Below, in pieces: positions 1 through 10,345 of a DNA stretch of 64,000 bases. Within the stretch, counting starts at the first letter, position 1, and each line of letters opens with the position of its first letter. Both the position numbers and the translations under genes were made by a program. The notes beneath the pieces are model-generated. The model did no database searches and was not told the origin of the DNA. It saw only the letters and a list, made by a program, of their open reading frames with translations. This DNA is from an uncultured archaeon (lineage in GTDB: Archaea; Asgardarchaeota; Thorarchaeia; Thorarchaeales; Thorarchaeaceae): NCBI GenBank assembly GCA_964610875.1, contig CAZSWP010000015.1, positions 13,758 through 77,757 of the forward strand, given 5' to 3'.

Positions 1-80
1 AAGCCATAGAAAAATCAGATATACTTGAAAATAATCCCTTTTCCAAGAACTGGATATGAGACCTTTAGAACACAAAGGAA

Positions 81-422
81 CTATTCCGATTCTATTCCAA
101 ATTTCAGATAATGTCCTTTTTCCTTTTTAGTACCAAAGCTCCTGAGGCCCTCTGATTTGAGTTGCCTCTTGATGTCCCTGGCCATTGAGTTTGTGAGTTC
201 GCCACTCTTTACAAGATATTCTAAAATCTCCAAAGCTTGAGAAACCGTATCACATCTTCTAATGTAATCAACAACACTAGGAATGTAGGTCCTTGGCTCT
301 GATGGTTTGTCTGAATCTTCTGACATAACTCGGACCCCATCTATCTGGTATTCTTGCGTTTCGCTAGACTCCAGCTCCTTCGCCAATGCAGGATAGTTTT
401 TTCGGAACTCTTCGTCCTTCAT
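81..422 (-). CDS. DUF2095-family conserved archaeal protein
   Basis: Motifs F..YPALAKEL, PSVVDYIRRCDT..QALEI..Y and GLRSFG.KKE.GHY. Confidence 0.8.
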   Translation of the reverse strand: MKDEEFRKNYPALAKELESSETQEYQIDGVRVMSEDSDKPSEPRTYIPSVVDYIRRCDTVSQALEILEYLVKSGELTNSMARDIKRQLKSEGLRSFGTKKEKGHYLKFGIESE

Positions 423-509
423 AGTGTATCTCCTGTTAGGCCGTAAGGATGGTCAGGCATACGCAAGGACAATCTCTCAGACTACTCTTATAATCCATTT
501 GATGACGCC

Positions 510-2060
510 CTAGTTATTGATGAATTTCCAAGGGAGTGTAGCTTTGTTCCTGTTTTCTTGGCTTGCAATCTCAAAAAATGGGATTCCAGTGTTCTTTTCT
601 GCTCGTCTCCATCCCCCCAATCCTCCATATTTAGCTGCTTCAATTATGACACGACCTAATGTTCTGTCACCAATTGAGAGAGCGGCTTGAATTCGAGCAT
701 TTCTTGGGTCTAGAAATTCTGTCTTTACTCTTGAAACATTCTTTAGTTCATCTTCTATCTGCTTGAACTTACTTCGCATCTCACTTAGAGTCGGTTGTGG
801 CTTAGTTTCCCATCTCGTTTGTGCCTTTGGAATGAATGGATTGACATTCGCAACCACACGTAAACCTGAAATCTCAGCTATTGCCTTGGACATTTCTGCA
901 ATAGATGAAACATCATCTACAGTTTCACCAGGAAGACCTACAATGTAGTATGCCTTGATCGAAAGGTATCTGGTTTCAGCGGCAAGCTCTGCAGCTTTAA
1001 AGATGGCATCATCCGAGAGACCTTTCCCTAGGTCTCTTCTCAGCCTTGCAGAGCCAGTTTCAGGTGCAATTGTAAGAGTCCTCTGCCCTCCTCTATGCAA
1101 TGCATGTAGGAGTTCCAAAGTCACAGTGTCTGCTCTGAGAGAAGGTACTGAGAGTTCAAGTTCTTGATCCACAATCCATGTGGATAGCGAATCCAACGAA
1201 TCTAAATCACCAAGCGAAGATGCAATGAGTGAAACTTTTCTAACTGGTGTTTCTTGAAGCCCTTGTTCGATAATATCTATCAATCTTTGCAGACTTCGGA
1301 CACGTCTGGGTCTACAGACATGACCAATTAGGCAGAACTTGCAGGAATGACCACAACCCCGACTTACTTCTACGAGAAGCGACCTACCAAAGACAGAATC
1401 TAGCTTCTGTTCTTCATCTTCGAAAGGAATCACCTGTGCGGTTGGATGAAAGAGTGGGTCTACATCTTGGATTATTAGACGCTTGACATGTGTCGAAACA
1501 TCTGGTACATATACACCTTCCAATCCTGCCAAACTTAGTATACTTTCATCGCGACTTTTGGAATTCTTCACAATCTCAATTATCTCACTAATCACCAAGT
1601 CCCCTTCACCAATAACAAACACATCAACAATATCCGCGTATGGTTCAGGATTTGCGCTTACAGCTGGACCCCCTACAAGAACAATGGGATCGTTTGCCCG
1701 TCGCGACTTTGATTCAGCTGAAATGCCTGCTTGAGTAAGCATCTGAACGAGATTGATTATATCTTCCTCATAGGTCAAAGAAAAGCCAACAATATGATTA
1801 TCTTCGAGCTTTCTTGCTGTTTCTACAGAATGTACCGCAGATGGAACATCATATCGAAAATACCTCTCACAAGATGTATCTTCTCGCTGATTGAGAATTG
1901 AATAGAACAGATGACTTGCGAGACCTGTCATACCTGCCCGATAAGTCGAGGGGTAACAGTAGCCAAAAAGAACATCGACACGACTAATGTCCTTCCGAAC
2001 TGCATTATATTCTCTGAGGACCTTCCCGCGCAAGATACCCCCCTCAATCAGTTCCATCAA
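510..2060 (-). CDS. Radical SAM protein with N-terminal B12-binding-like domain (COG1032-like)
   Basis: EVSRGCGHSCKFC (CxxxCxxC); N-terminal YPSTY.AGM..L, GGP....NPEP and GEGD motifs. Confidence 0.85.
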   Translation of the reverse strand: MMELIEGGILRGKVLREYNAVRKDISRVDVLFGYCYPSTYRAGMTGLASHLFYSILNQREDTSCERYFRYDVPSAVHSVETARKLEDNHIVGFSLTYEEDIINLVQMLTQAGISAESKSRRANDPIVLVGGPAVSANPEPYADIVDVFVIGEGDLVISEIIEIVKNSKSRDESILSLAGLEGVYVPDVSTHVKRLIIQDVDPLFHPTAQVIPFEDEEQKLDSVFGRSLLVEVSRGCGHSCKFCLIGHVCRPRRVRSLQRLIDIIEQGLQETPVRKVSLIASSLGDLDSLDSLSTWIVDQELELSVPSLRADTVTLELLHALHRGGQRTLTIAPETGSARLRRDLGKGLSDDAIFKAAELAAETRYLSIKAYYIVGLPGETVDDVSSIAEMSKAIAEISGLRVVANVNPFIPKAQTRWETKPQPTLSEMRSKFKQIEDELKNVSRVKTEFLDPRNARIQAALSIGDRTLGRVIIEAAKYGGLGGWRRAEKNTGIPFFEIASQENRNKATLPWKFINN

Positions 2061-3327
2061 TCTGAATCGTTTCTTGTTGCTGTTTAGCTATCACAAGTGT
2101 GTTTGGGGCAATATCTTTGTCAACTATAACACCAACACCCGTCCTTGCACCTTTATGGAGTACCACTCCCGGTGCAAGTGATGTACCGATTCCTGTTTTT
2201 ACATCGTCCGCGATAATAGCACCTAATTTACGTCTTCCTGAGCTGACCCGTTGTCCTTTCACAGAAACTCGTACATCTGCATTATCATGACGGAGATTTG
2301 CAGTGATGGTTCCTGCCCCAAAATTTGAATGCCGCCCGATGATAGAGTCCCCCACATATGAGAGGTGTCCCACATTTGTATCTCTCATTATGATACTGTT
2401 CTTTATTTCAACAGCATTTCCAATCTTTACTTTTCTCTCCAGAGCAGTATACGCTCTGATATAGCAATTTGGCCCCACTACACACTCAGGACCAATATAT
2501 ACGGGGCCTTCGATATAGGCACCACTCTTTATCAATGCCGAAGGCTCAATAATTGTGTTTCCTTTAATCACTGCGCCTTCTTCAACTATTCCCTCTACTC
2601 TCCTCACTGCAGTACTCATAATTTGCTTATTCGCACGTAACAAGTCCCAAGGTTTTCCAATCTCAAGCCAGTATGATGAGATTTGATATGCACCAACATT
2701 ACCATTCTTGATAAGCATCATCACGGAATCGGTGAGTTCGTATTCTCCACGTTTCGACAGTTTCGTTTGTTCTATTGCATTCCATATCCTCTGACTGAAT
2801 GCATAGACTCCAGCATTGGCTAGGTTACCCATCTCCTGTTCGGGTGAGGGCTTCTCATAGAGGTCTACTGCTTTCCCATCCTCTACTTTGAAGACACCAT
2901 ATGCTGCAGGATTATCAACAGGAAAGACAGTGACCGTGGCTTTGTATTGACCCTGCTTGTGTGCCTTGATAGTACCAGCAAAGTCGTCACTAGATATCAT
3001 GATGTCTCCATTCAAGAGTAGTATTTCATCATCACCCGCAAACTCTCTTGCATGACCTGCTGCATGTGCTGTTCCCTTTCGTTCCTCTTGGAGGATGTAT
3101 GAGATTGTCATCTCTCCCCAGTCTTCAGCGTCGATGGTTTCCCGAAGGAGGTCACCATGGTAGCCATAGATGATCAAGGTCTCTTTGATGCCTGCATCTC
3201 GCAACGCCCAAAGAGTATGAAATAGCATTGGCTTTCCAGCAATTGGAAGAAGATGTTTTGGTTGATTAGCTGACAGGGGGAGCATTCTTGTAGACTGTCC
3301 CGCTGCCATTATTGCAGCCTTTTTCAT
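2044..3327 (-). CDS. glmU: Archaeal bifunctional sugar-1-phosphate nucleotidylyltransferase/acetyltransferase (GlmU-like)
   Basis: AAGQSTRM.PL..NQPK motif plus a hexapeptide beta-helix (GNAVEIKNS, HLSYVGDS, GAGTITANLRHD); start moved to ATG 3327 (MKKAAIM). Confidence 0.88.
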   Translation of the reverse strand: MKKAAIMAAGQSTRMLPLSANQPKHLLPIAGKPMLFHTLWALRDAGIKETLIIYGYHGDLLRETIDAEDWGEMTISYILQEERKGTAHAAGHAREFAGDDEILLLNGDIMISSDDFAGTIKAHKQGQYKATVTVFPVDNPAAYGVFKVEDGKAVDLYEKPSPEQEMGNLANAGVYAFSQRIWNAIEQTKLSKRGEYELTDSVMMLIKNGNVGAYQISSYWLEIGKPWDLLRANKQIMSTAVRRVEGIVEEGAVIKGNTIIEPSALIKSGAYIEGPVYIGPECVVGPNCYIRAYTALERKVKIGNAVEIKNSIIMRDTNVGHLSYVGDSIIGRHSNFGAGTITANLRHDNADVRVSVKGQRVSSGRRKLGAIIADDVKTGIGTSLAPGVVLHKGARTGVGVIVDKDIAPNTLVIAKQQQETIQIDGTD

Positions 3328-3782
3328 GACGAGACGCTGATAGAGAGTCCCCTTAATGACTTTCTCGGTAGAAGTGTTATTACCAAAATCGGAAGGCATC
3401 CGACTAGTTTTGGTGCAACTCATATTCATGGCAACACCATACGAACTATTGTTAACCATAATTGAGATGTTACGTAGATTAACTGTTTCATATCCTGCGT
3501 TATATAGTCAAGTCTTTTGTTCTAGATGCTCACGATGGAAATTTGTGAATATGAAATACGTGTTTTAGTGCTTTGGATTGACTCCTTATCCAGGTTGCCT
3601 AATTCAAACGAACGCATATATATTCAAAAGACCATTCGATTGGCGCGGTGTGGTACTGCGACATGTAAAATTTAGACGGCGATAGATTAATAAGGGTCGT
3701 TGTAACAGTAATAAGATGTGGTTAGAGGCAAATCGAAAATTAAAGCCTCTATTACAATAACATAAAGGTTGGACCAAGTAAA

Positions 3783-4028
3783 ATGATGAGTGACAAAGAA
3801 CTACAAGAAGAGCTCAAGACGATGAAGCTCACTAAAAGTCAGATGATTGTCCTCGATATTCTACGCAGCAGTGGTAAGAACGGTGTTACGCCTAAGCAAC
3901 TACTGGACAAGGTGTCCTTTGCACCAAGAACAGTACGTTACGCCTTGAGAAAACTTCTCAAAAAGCAGTTGATCAAGCGCGTGCCATGCCTGCAGGATAT
4001 GAGGCAATGGATATACGTACCAGCGTAA
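3783..4028 (+). CDS. Small winged-helix (MarR-like) transcription regulator
   Basis: PRTVRYALRKL...DMRQ.IY motif typical of archaeal wHTH proteins. Confidence 0.8.
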   Translation: MMSDKELQEELKTMKLTKSQMIVLDILRSSGKNGVTPKQLLDKVSFAPRTVRYALRKLLKKQLIKRVPCLQDMRQWIYVPA

Positions 4029-4124
4029 TAGCGACACATTTTTTCGCGGTCGCAAGAGAAACGATTAATATTGACACACCTGTGACTGGAAGCCTCAGGG
4101 CTCCTGGTTTCAGGAGGGACTTCA

Positions 4125-4850
4125 TTGTACGATTCTGAACACATATTTAGTGAGGAGAGACAATTCATGCAGGGCCCAAGAGCAATGGATACACTGAAGA
4201 TACTCACCGGTGATGAAGCAATTGATGCTGTCAAAGCTCTCAACGATGAGAATCGTCGTCAGATACTCCATGCACTGAGAGCACGTAGCATGACCACCTC
4301 TGAATTAGTTGATTTCCTATCTAGCCAAGACTCAGAAAAAGAAGTGAAGCCACAAACAGTTCGCTATCATGTCAAAGAATTAGAAAAATGTGGCTTGGTG
4401 GAACAAGATGGCTATGAACCCACAGGAAATGGCGATAGTCATATTATGCAAAAGAAATGGAAAGCAACTGCTGAGAATGTGTTCATTGCAACAGGTGATA
4501 TGGACAATCTCCCTGAGAGAGCATCCTATGACTTGGATCGAACACTAGATATTGTTGAAACCATGCGACAGCTTGGCCTCGAACTCAAAGACGATGATGA
4601 GATGAAGAGTGTTGCAGAGGACTTTGTGAAACGTGATAAGTTATACATGAAAGGCCTCGAACTGGCTAAAGAAACATTGAAAGATGTGTGTGAGTTGGAC
4701 CCAAAACTCTACGTCGTCTTCAGAAGAATTCTGAGTGTTGTGAGACTCAATGATGCTGACTACAAGGATTACTGGAAGTTGAGTCGCAGAATCACAGATA
4801 TTCTACGAGAAGCATATCGCAGAGGTCATGGTAACCCAGAGGTATACTAA
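4125..4850 (+). CDS. ArsR-family HTH regulator with C-terminal extension
   Basis: KALNDENRRQILHAL...TTSEL...QTVRYHVKELEKCGLV; true start may be later (about 4185). Confidence 0.75.
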   Translation: MYDSEHIFSEERQFMQGPRAMDTLKILTGDEAIDAVKALNDENRRQILHALRARSMTTSELVDFLSSQDSEKEVKPQTVRYHVKELEKCGLVEQDGYEPTGNGDSHIMQKKWKATAENVFIATGDMDNLPERASYDLDRTLDIVETMRQLGLELKDDDEMKSVAEDFVKRDKLYMKGLELAKETLKDVCELDPKLYVVFRRILSVVRLNDADYKDYWKLSRRITDILREAYRRGHGNPEVY

Positions 4851-7168
4851 TCCTCTTCATCCTTTTTCTTTCTTTTATGGTCTGGATATTCAACGTTCAA
4901 TAGTCTTCGAATCCTTCCTGCAATCTTAGGACCTACACCTTTGACCTTCTGAAGATCCTCTTTCTTCGCTGAGAAGATATTCTCTAGGGTACCAAATTCG
5001 GTAAGAATCGCACGAGATGTCACCGTATCAACGCCAGGAAATCCTGAGAGTATATATTCCAAAGTTTCTGCATCAGTACCTTTCACATCACCACTTCTGG
5101 TTCTCAGCGTCTTTCTCTCGTCAATCTGCTCCATCTTTGCAATCCTATATAGAACATTAGCGGTCTCTTCTGCATTCTTAGTCCATATTATTGGCACTTG
5201 AATTCTAATAGCAATAGATGCCAATGCGCCATATATTGAAGCAGGATTGACCGCTCTGAAACCTGTGATTTGCTCTCCTTCAATTATTAGAACAGGTCTT
5301 CGGTATGCTAAACGCAATGCACTCAGTTGACTGAAGAGTCTCCCATCAATCATCGATTGGATAAAATCGTTCGATTCTTTTCGCTCGATGGCCACATCCT
5401 CTGAAGCAATATAATCTCCAATCTGTAGACTCTCTCCGGATATTTGGATATCCAATCGTGCAAGTTCGCGTGCGACAGCAGTTGGAAGTTCACGTGAGTC
5501 GACTATCATTCTGATGCGTTCATCTCCTTCTTGAGATTTGAAAACTGGAACAGTTTCTATCTCTTCACCACTATCATCTGATTCAAACTCATCCAGACTC
5601 GTTTGACTCTCATCAGGTGCTCGCTCCGCATCTTTCAATGCTTTTGGCATCTTCTTCAATTTCCTCAACACACTCCAGTGATAGAATTCATCATGTGTCT
5701 TCTTTGCTACAAAAATCACCACTCGTCCAGGGGCGTGTCTTCCTGTACGACCACGACGTTGTATATATGGTACAACAGATGGCACACAATCATAGAAAAT
5801 AACGAGATTGCACTCGGGGATATCTAATCCCTCTTCTCCAACTTGTGTTGCGACCAGTACATTGAACTCATTATTTCTGAATCCATCAAGAACCTCTATC
5901 TGTTTCTTCTGAGAGAAGCCTTTGTCAGAACCTCTCGAACTTTGGCCAACAAACCGACTTATTCTTACATCGTCCAATTCTTCAAGTGTTTCCGTTACTT
6001 CTGCAGCAGTATCACGAAAACGGGTGAAGATTAGAATCCTAGAGTCCAAATCTACTGAAAGCTGTTCGCTTACAATCTCTAATAGCAAATCCGCCTTCGG
6101 ATGTTTATATCCCTTCTTGATCAGTGCTTGTAAAAGACTCTCAAACTGTTTGAATTCCGCACGGGATATGAGATCTTTAACACCCTTTGAGCTCTTCTTG
6201 TTTCTGACCTTTTCATATAACCCCTGAACATACCGGTGGGTTGGTGCAAGACCCTGTGTTCCTATGAACTCAACAAGATGTACTATTCCCAATGCTGCTG
6301 TAAGGTTTCGAATGAGATAGAATAGTTTGGAGGGTGGTTTTGTATGACTTCCAATTTCCTTTCTTACTAATTGTAGTACTCTTAGGACCTCTTTCTTACT
6401 CATACGTCTACTATTGGGCAGGGAGAATCCATAATCTAATACAGGTGAAACATAGTCATCTAATAGTGAGTATAGAATGTCTCGTAAGACCTCTATCTCA
6501 GAGGTGAGTCGTACATACCGCACATCTGACTCAACTGAAACGATGTATTTCTTCACATCCGGACTCTTCTCGGTACGCACTTCAACTCTATGGAGCCGTA
6601 GGTTTTGACAAACTGTTCTAATCTTATTTACGTCATGACCTGGTGAAGCTGTCAAGCCTAGTGATCGGATATTCTTCCCTTGTTTTTCGTATAGTTCTGC
6701 AATGAATGTGTAAGCATAGTCTCCTACACCACGGTGAGCTTCATCATAGACTACCAATGACACCTCTGAGAGGTCATAGCTGTTCTGTACCAAGTCGTTC
6801 TGAAGTGATTGTGGAGTCATGGCTGCGACTCGTATACTCTTCCATGCTTCTTTCCTCTTTTCGGGTCCATCAGTACCAGTCAAGCAAACAACTTGCTCCT
6901 TCTCCAGATCCAATACTCTCCTCAGAAAACGGGCTTGTTGGTCTGCAAGAGGTCTTGAAGGAGCAAGGAACAATACTTTGGACTCTGGGTATTTGTCAAG
7001 ACGTAATGCAGTCGCAAGTACTGCTATGACCGTTTTTCCCAGACCTGTACTTAACACAACTAAAGTATCCTCTTTACTAGAAATTTCTGCAAGATTGACC
7101 TGATACTCTCTGAAACCAATGGAGTCTTCTCGTATCAAAGGCCATTGTGAGAGTTTGTTCTCTTGCAT
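4847..7168 (-). CDS. hef: Hef (FANCM/XPF-like) SF2 helicase-ERCC4 nuclease
   Basis: STGLGKT, DEAH, TAS, QRRGRTGR; ERCC4 motifs VDSRE, GDY, ERK; C-terminal HhH2; PIP-like QTSLDEF in the linker. Confidence 0.95.
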   Translation of the reverse strand: MQENKLSQWPLIREDSIGFREYQVNLAEISSKEDTLVVLSTGLGKTVIAVLATALRLDKYPESKVLFLAPSRPLADQQARFLRRVLDLEKEQVVCLTGTDGPEKRKEAWKSIRVAAMTPQSLQNDLVQNSYDLSEVSLVVYDEAHRGVGDYAYTFIAELYEKQGKNIRSLGLTASPGHDVNKIRTVCQNLRLHRVEVRTEKSPDVKKYIVSVESDVRYVRLTSEIEVLRDILYSLLDDYVSPVLDYGFSLPNSRRMSKKEVLRVLQLVRKEIGSHTKPPSKLFYLIRNLTAALGIVHLVEFIGTQGLAPTHRYVQGLYEKVRNKKSSKGVKDLISRAEFKQFESLLQALIKKGYKHPKADLLLEIVSEQLSVDLDSRILIFTRFRDTAAEVTETLEELDDVRISRFVGQSSRGSDKGFSQKKQIEVLDGFRNNEFNVLVATQVGEEGLDIPECNLVIFYDCVPSVVPYIQRRGRTGRHAPGRVVIFVAKKTHDEFYHWSVLRKLKKMPKALKDAERAPDESQTSLDEFESDDSGEEIETVPVFKSQEGDERIRMIVDSRELPTAVARELARLDIQISGESLQIGDYIASEDVAIERKESNDFIQSMIDGRLFSQLSALRLAYRRPVLIIEGEQITGFRAVNPASIYGALASIAIRIQVPIIWTKNAEETANVLYRIAKMEQIDERKTLRTRSGDVKGTDAETLEYILSGFPGVDTVTSRAILTEFGTLENIFSAKKEDLQKVKGVGPKIAGRIRRLLNVEYPDHKRKKKDEED

Positions 7169-7316
7169 TCAGTTTTCCTCTATATTGTCTTCTTTAATCA
7201 CATAATTTTGAATGGTCCTTAAGTCTTCATCTACAACTCGGTCTTGCTATCTATTAGAGTAATACACACTGTAAAAAGCTCCTGCCACTCATGAATAGAC
7301 TAGGAGCCGACAACAT

Positions 7317-7649
7317 ATGAGCGATAAGGACTCTATGCCCACAATTGAAGCTGAACTGTATGAGCTCAGTATGCCTGGAAGAATACTTGGAAAAGAGGTA
7401 CTCGATAGTAGGGCCAAGCGTATTGGTATTGTGAGAAGTATCAGAATATCGTTGAATCCTACACGTTCTGAGCTAATTGTAAAAGGCGCTGAAGTTGAAT
7501 TTCCTGTAGATTTCAGTAAAGTTGATGCAGTCGGCACGGTAGTTCAACTCAACTCTGTAGTCAAAGACGCAGAAGAGATTGAGATTCATGATGTAATGCG
7601 CCTTCAAAAAGAGGTATTGGATGACATCCGAAGTTATCTCGGCGGATGA
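7317..7649 (+). CDS. PRC-barrel domain protein
   Basis: ILGKEVLDSRAKRIGIVRSIRI...VDFSKVDAVGTVV pattern. Confidence 0.7.
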   Translation: MSDKDSMPTIEAELYELSMPGRILGKEVLDSRAKRIGIVRSIRISLNPTRSELIVKGAEVEFPVDFSKVDAVGTVVQLNSVVKDAEEIEIHDVMRLQKEVLDDIRSYLGG

Positions 7650-7720
7650 TGATATAGATTATCTCCTTCCGAAGGTGTTAATAACTCCGGCATTGTTTTC
7701 ACATGGTCGGAGTGATTCCC

Positions 7721-8542
7721 ATGGATGTCACAGTGGAACAGCTCGCTCAAATGATTGATCACACCGTTTTGAAACCTGAAACGACACGGAGTAAGGTCAA
7801 ACAGATTTGTGACGAAGCACTCGCCTACAATTTTGGAGCAGTCTGTATCAATCCTGTTCAAGTGAAGTATGCAGCTGAACTGCTTGAGGGCTCTTCTGTA
7901 AAGGTGTGTTCGGTCGTTGGATTTCCTTTGGGTGCAAGTCTTTCTGAAACAAAAGCATTCGAAGCAAAACAGGCAGTCAAACAAGGTGCTCATGAAATAG
8001 ACATGGTCATGAACATTGGTGCTTTCCGTGATGGCAATTACGAACTGGTGCAGAGTGATATTGAAGATGTTGTGTCTGCGTCTGGTGATACACACGTAAA
8101 AGTGATTCTGGAAACAGGTTATTTGATAGATGAAGAGAAGGTGAAAGCCTGCCTAATTTGTAAGGATGCGGGAGCTGATTTTGTAAAGACTTCAACTGGC
8201 TTTGGACCGATGGGTGCCACACCGCATGATGTCCGGTTAATGCGAGAAACCGTTGGTCCGAAAATGGGTGTAAAAGCTGCTGGTGGGATACGAAACTTCA
8301 AAGATGCAATAAAAATGATTGAAGCCGGTGCTACCCGTCTTGGAGCCAGTGCAGGAGTTGCCATAATTGAGGATTACAGGTGGGCAAAATACTCTGACGC
8401 TTGGATGACCCCCGACAAGCCGTGTTGGGATTGTCCAAGTAGGCATGCTAATATTGGTAAGCAACCAAAGGATGTCTATTTGTGGTATAAACAGCGTTGC
8501 ATAACCTGTCCACATAAAGAGCACAACATATTCAATGACTAG
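7721..8542 (+). CDS. deoC: Deoxyribose-phosphate aldolase with Cys-rich C-terminal extension
   Basis: [48 protein letters not shown]; ATG 7721 follows an SD-like GGAGTGA. Confidence 0.95.
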   Translation: MDVTVEQLAQMIDHTVLKPETTRSKVKQICDEALAYNFGAVCINPVQVKYAAELLEGSSVKVCSVVGFPLGASLSETKAFEAKQAVKQGAHEIDMVMNIGAFRDGNYELVQSDIEDVVSASGDTHVKVILETGYLIDEEKVKACLICKDAGADFVKTSTGFGPMGATPHDVRLMRETVGPKMGVKAAGGIRNFKDAIKMIEAGATRLGASAGVAIIEDYRWAKYSDAWMTPDKPCWDCPSRHANIGKQPKDVYLWYKQRCITCPHKEHNIFND

Positions 8543-8554
8543 GAGGAGTATGAA

Positions 8555-10345
8555 TTGGCTGAAACAAAATCCAACATAACCGACGCTTCAATATTATTCA
8601 TTTCACTTACTGATAGAAGCTATCGTACTGAACCCATTTCCAAAGACCTATTGAAACAGTTCCTTGGTGGTCGTGGGCTTGGAGTCAAGATGCTCTATGA
8701 TTCGCTTCCTCCAAAGACCGATTCTTTATCTCCTGAAAACTCATTGATTTTTGCTGTCGGGCCTGTCACATCAATGCCTGTACCGACTGCAGGGCGATTG
8801 GCTATAATCACAAAATCACCTCTAACTGGGACTGTTGTTGATTCAAATGTAGGCGGATATATTGGTAATCAAATACGCAGAGCAGGATATCTTGCCATAG
8901 TGTTTGAAGGAAAGGCAAACAAACCTGTTTACGTTTGGATAAATGATGGTGCAGTTGAGATACGTGATGCAACAAAAGTGTGGGGTACGGAGGTTTCAGA
9001 AACAACAGATATTCTCCTCAAGGAAACAAGTGATAATGCACAGGTTGCATGTATTGGTCCTTCGGGAGAAAACCTGGTGCCACTCGCAGCTATTATGACC
9101 GACAAACATCGTGCTGCTGGAAGAGGCGGAGTTGGTACGGTCATGGGTTCTAAAAATCTGAAGGCTGTAGTCGTTCAAGGTTCTGGTAAAATAGAAGCAG
9201 CAGAACCTGAGGCTCTATCGGAGGTTACTAAACGTGCAAGACATCTCATCAAGAAGAATGGAGTCACCAGTAAGTCACTACCCGTATATGGTACTGCAGT
9301 ATTGGTGAACGTCACTAACGAGCTAGGTATGTTACCCACGCACAATTTCCAAGAAGGCACCTTCAATGATGCAGAAGGTGTTTCAGGAGAAAAATTGTTA
9401 GAACGGCTATCAATTCGGACCTATAATTGCTACGCATGTCCCATTGGCTGTGGAAGAATAAGTAAGATCAAGGAGAGAGAAGTTGGTGGCCCTGAGTATG
9501 AAACCATATGGGCATTAGGCCCACAATGTGGCATTAGTGATTTGGAGTGGGTCACTGAAGCAAATGATAGATGCAATGAATTGGGAATGGATACAATATC
9601 TGTTGGAAGCACCATCGGGTGTGCAATGGAGCTTGCAGAGAAAGGGAATATGAAGGAACAATTGAAGTTTGGAAAGACGGAGGGACTTCTCAGAATAATT
9701 GAAGACATGGCACACATGCGTGGAATAGGTGCTGATTTGGCTCAAGGGTCAAAGAAATTATCAGAGAAATATGGGGCACCAGAACTTGCTATGCATGTCA
9801 AAGGATTAGAAATTCCTGCATACGACCCTCGTGGTGTCCAAGGGCATGCTTTAGGATACGCCACGTCCAATCGTGGGGGCTGTCATCTGCGTTCATATTT
9901 GATAGGACCTGAAGTATTAGGCTCTCCTGTGCTTGTTGATAGGGATAAGACAGAAGGAAAAGCGAACTTGGTCATTCTCTTTCAAAATCTGTCTGCTGCT
10001 ATGGACTCGATGGTAGTCTGCAGATTCACCAACTTTGCTTGGACTGTTGATGACTATGCTGACATTGTTTCTGCAGGGACTGGATTAGATATTAACGGTG
10101 AGGAGTTATTGAAGATTGGAGAGAGGATATGGACCCTTGAAAGACAGTTCAATAAACGTGAGGGGTTCACATCAAAAGATGATACTCTCCCATCTCGATT
10201 CTTTGAACCACTTCCTGAAGGTGGCTCACGTAGTCGGGTAGTCCATCTGGATGAAATGAAGGATGAATATTATAGGCTGAGAGAATATGATGATCATGGA
10301 CATCCTACTGATGCACTCTTGAAGAGATTAGAGCTTGGTACATAA
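8555..10345 (+). CDS. aor: Tungsten-type aldehyde:ferredoxin oxidoreductase family protein
   Basis: LGGRGLG, KSPLTG, AAGRGGVG.VMGSKNLKAV, CYACPIGC, GPEYET, GMDTIS, YDPRG, RGGCH. Confidence 0.92.
   Translation: MAETKSNITDASILFISLTDRSYRTEPISKDLLKQFLGGRGLGVKMLYDSLPPKTDSLSPENSLIFAVGPVTSMPVPTAGRLAIITKSPLTGTVVDSNVGGYIGNQIRRAGYLAIVFEGKANKPVYVWINDGAVEIRDATKVWGTEVSETTDILLKETSDNAQVACIGPSGENLVPLAAIMTDKHRAAGRGGVGTVMGSKNLKAVVVQGSGKIEAAEPEALSEVTKRARHLIKKNGVTSKSLPVYGTAVLVNVTNELGMLPTHNFQEGTFNDAEGVSGEKLLERLSIRTYNCYACPIGCGRISKIKEREVGGPEYETIWALGPQCGISDLEWVTEANDRCNELGMDTISVGSTIGCAMELAEKGNMKEQLKFGKTEGLLRIIEDMAHMRGIGADLAQGSKKLSEKYGAPELAMHVKGLEIPAYDPRGVQGHALGYATSNRGGCHLRSYLIGPEVLGSPVLVDRDKTEGKANLVILFQNLSAAMDSMVVCRFTNFAWTVDDYADIVSAGTGLDINGEELLKIGERIWTLERQFNKREGFTSKDDTLPSRFFEPLPEGGSRSRVVHLDEMKDEYYRLREYDDHGHPTDALLKRLELGT

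Noticed and set aside
3328-3459. N-terminal extensions of GlmU; likewise FtsY (54733-54816) and the radical SAM gene (43530-43607)
   Set aside because: Artifacts of longest-ORF calling; better starts exist at the domain boundaries
7646-7720. ATGATGA as a possible C/D box sRNA
   Set aside because: It is the tandem stop codons of the PRC gene, and there is no matching terminal CTGA box
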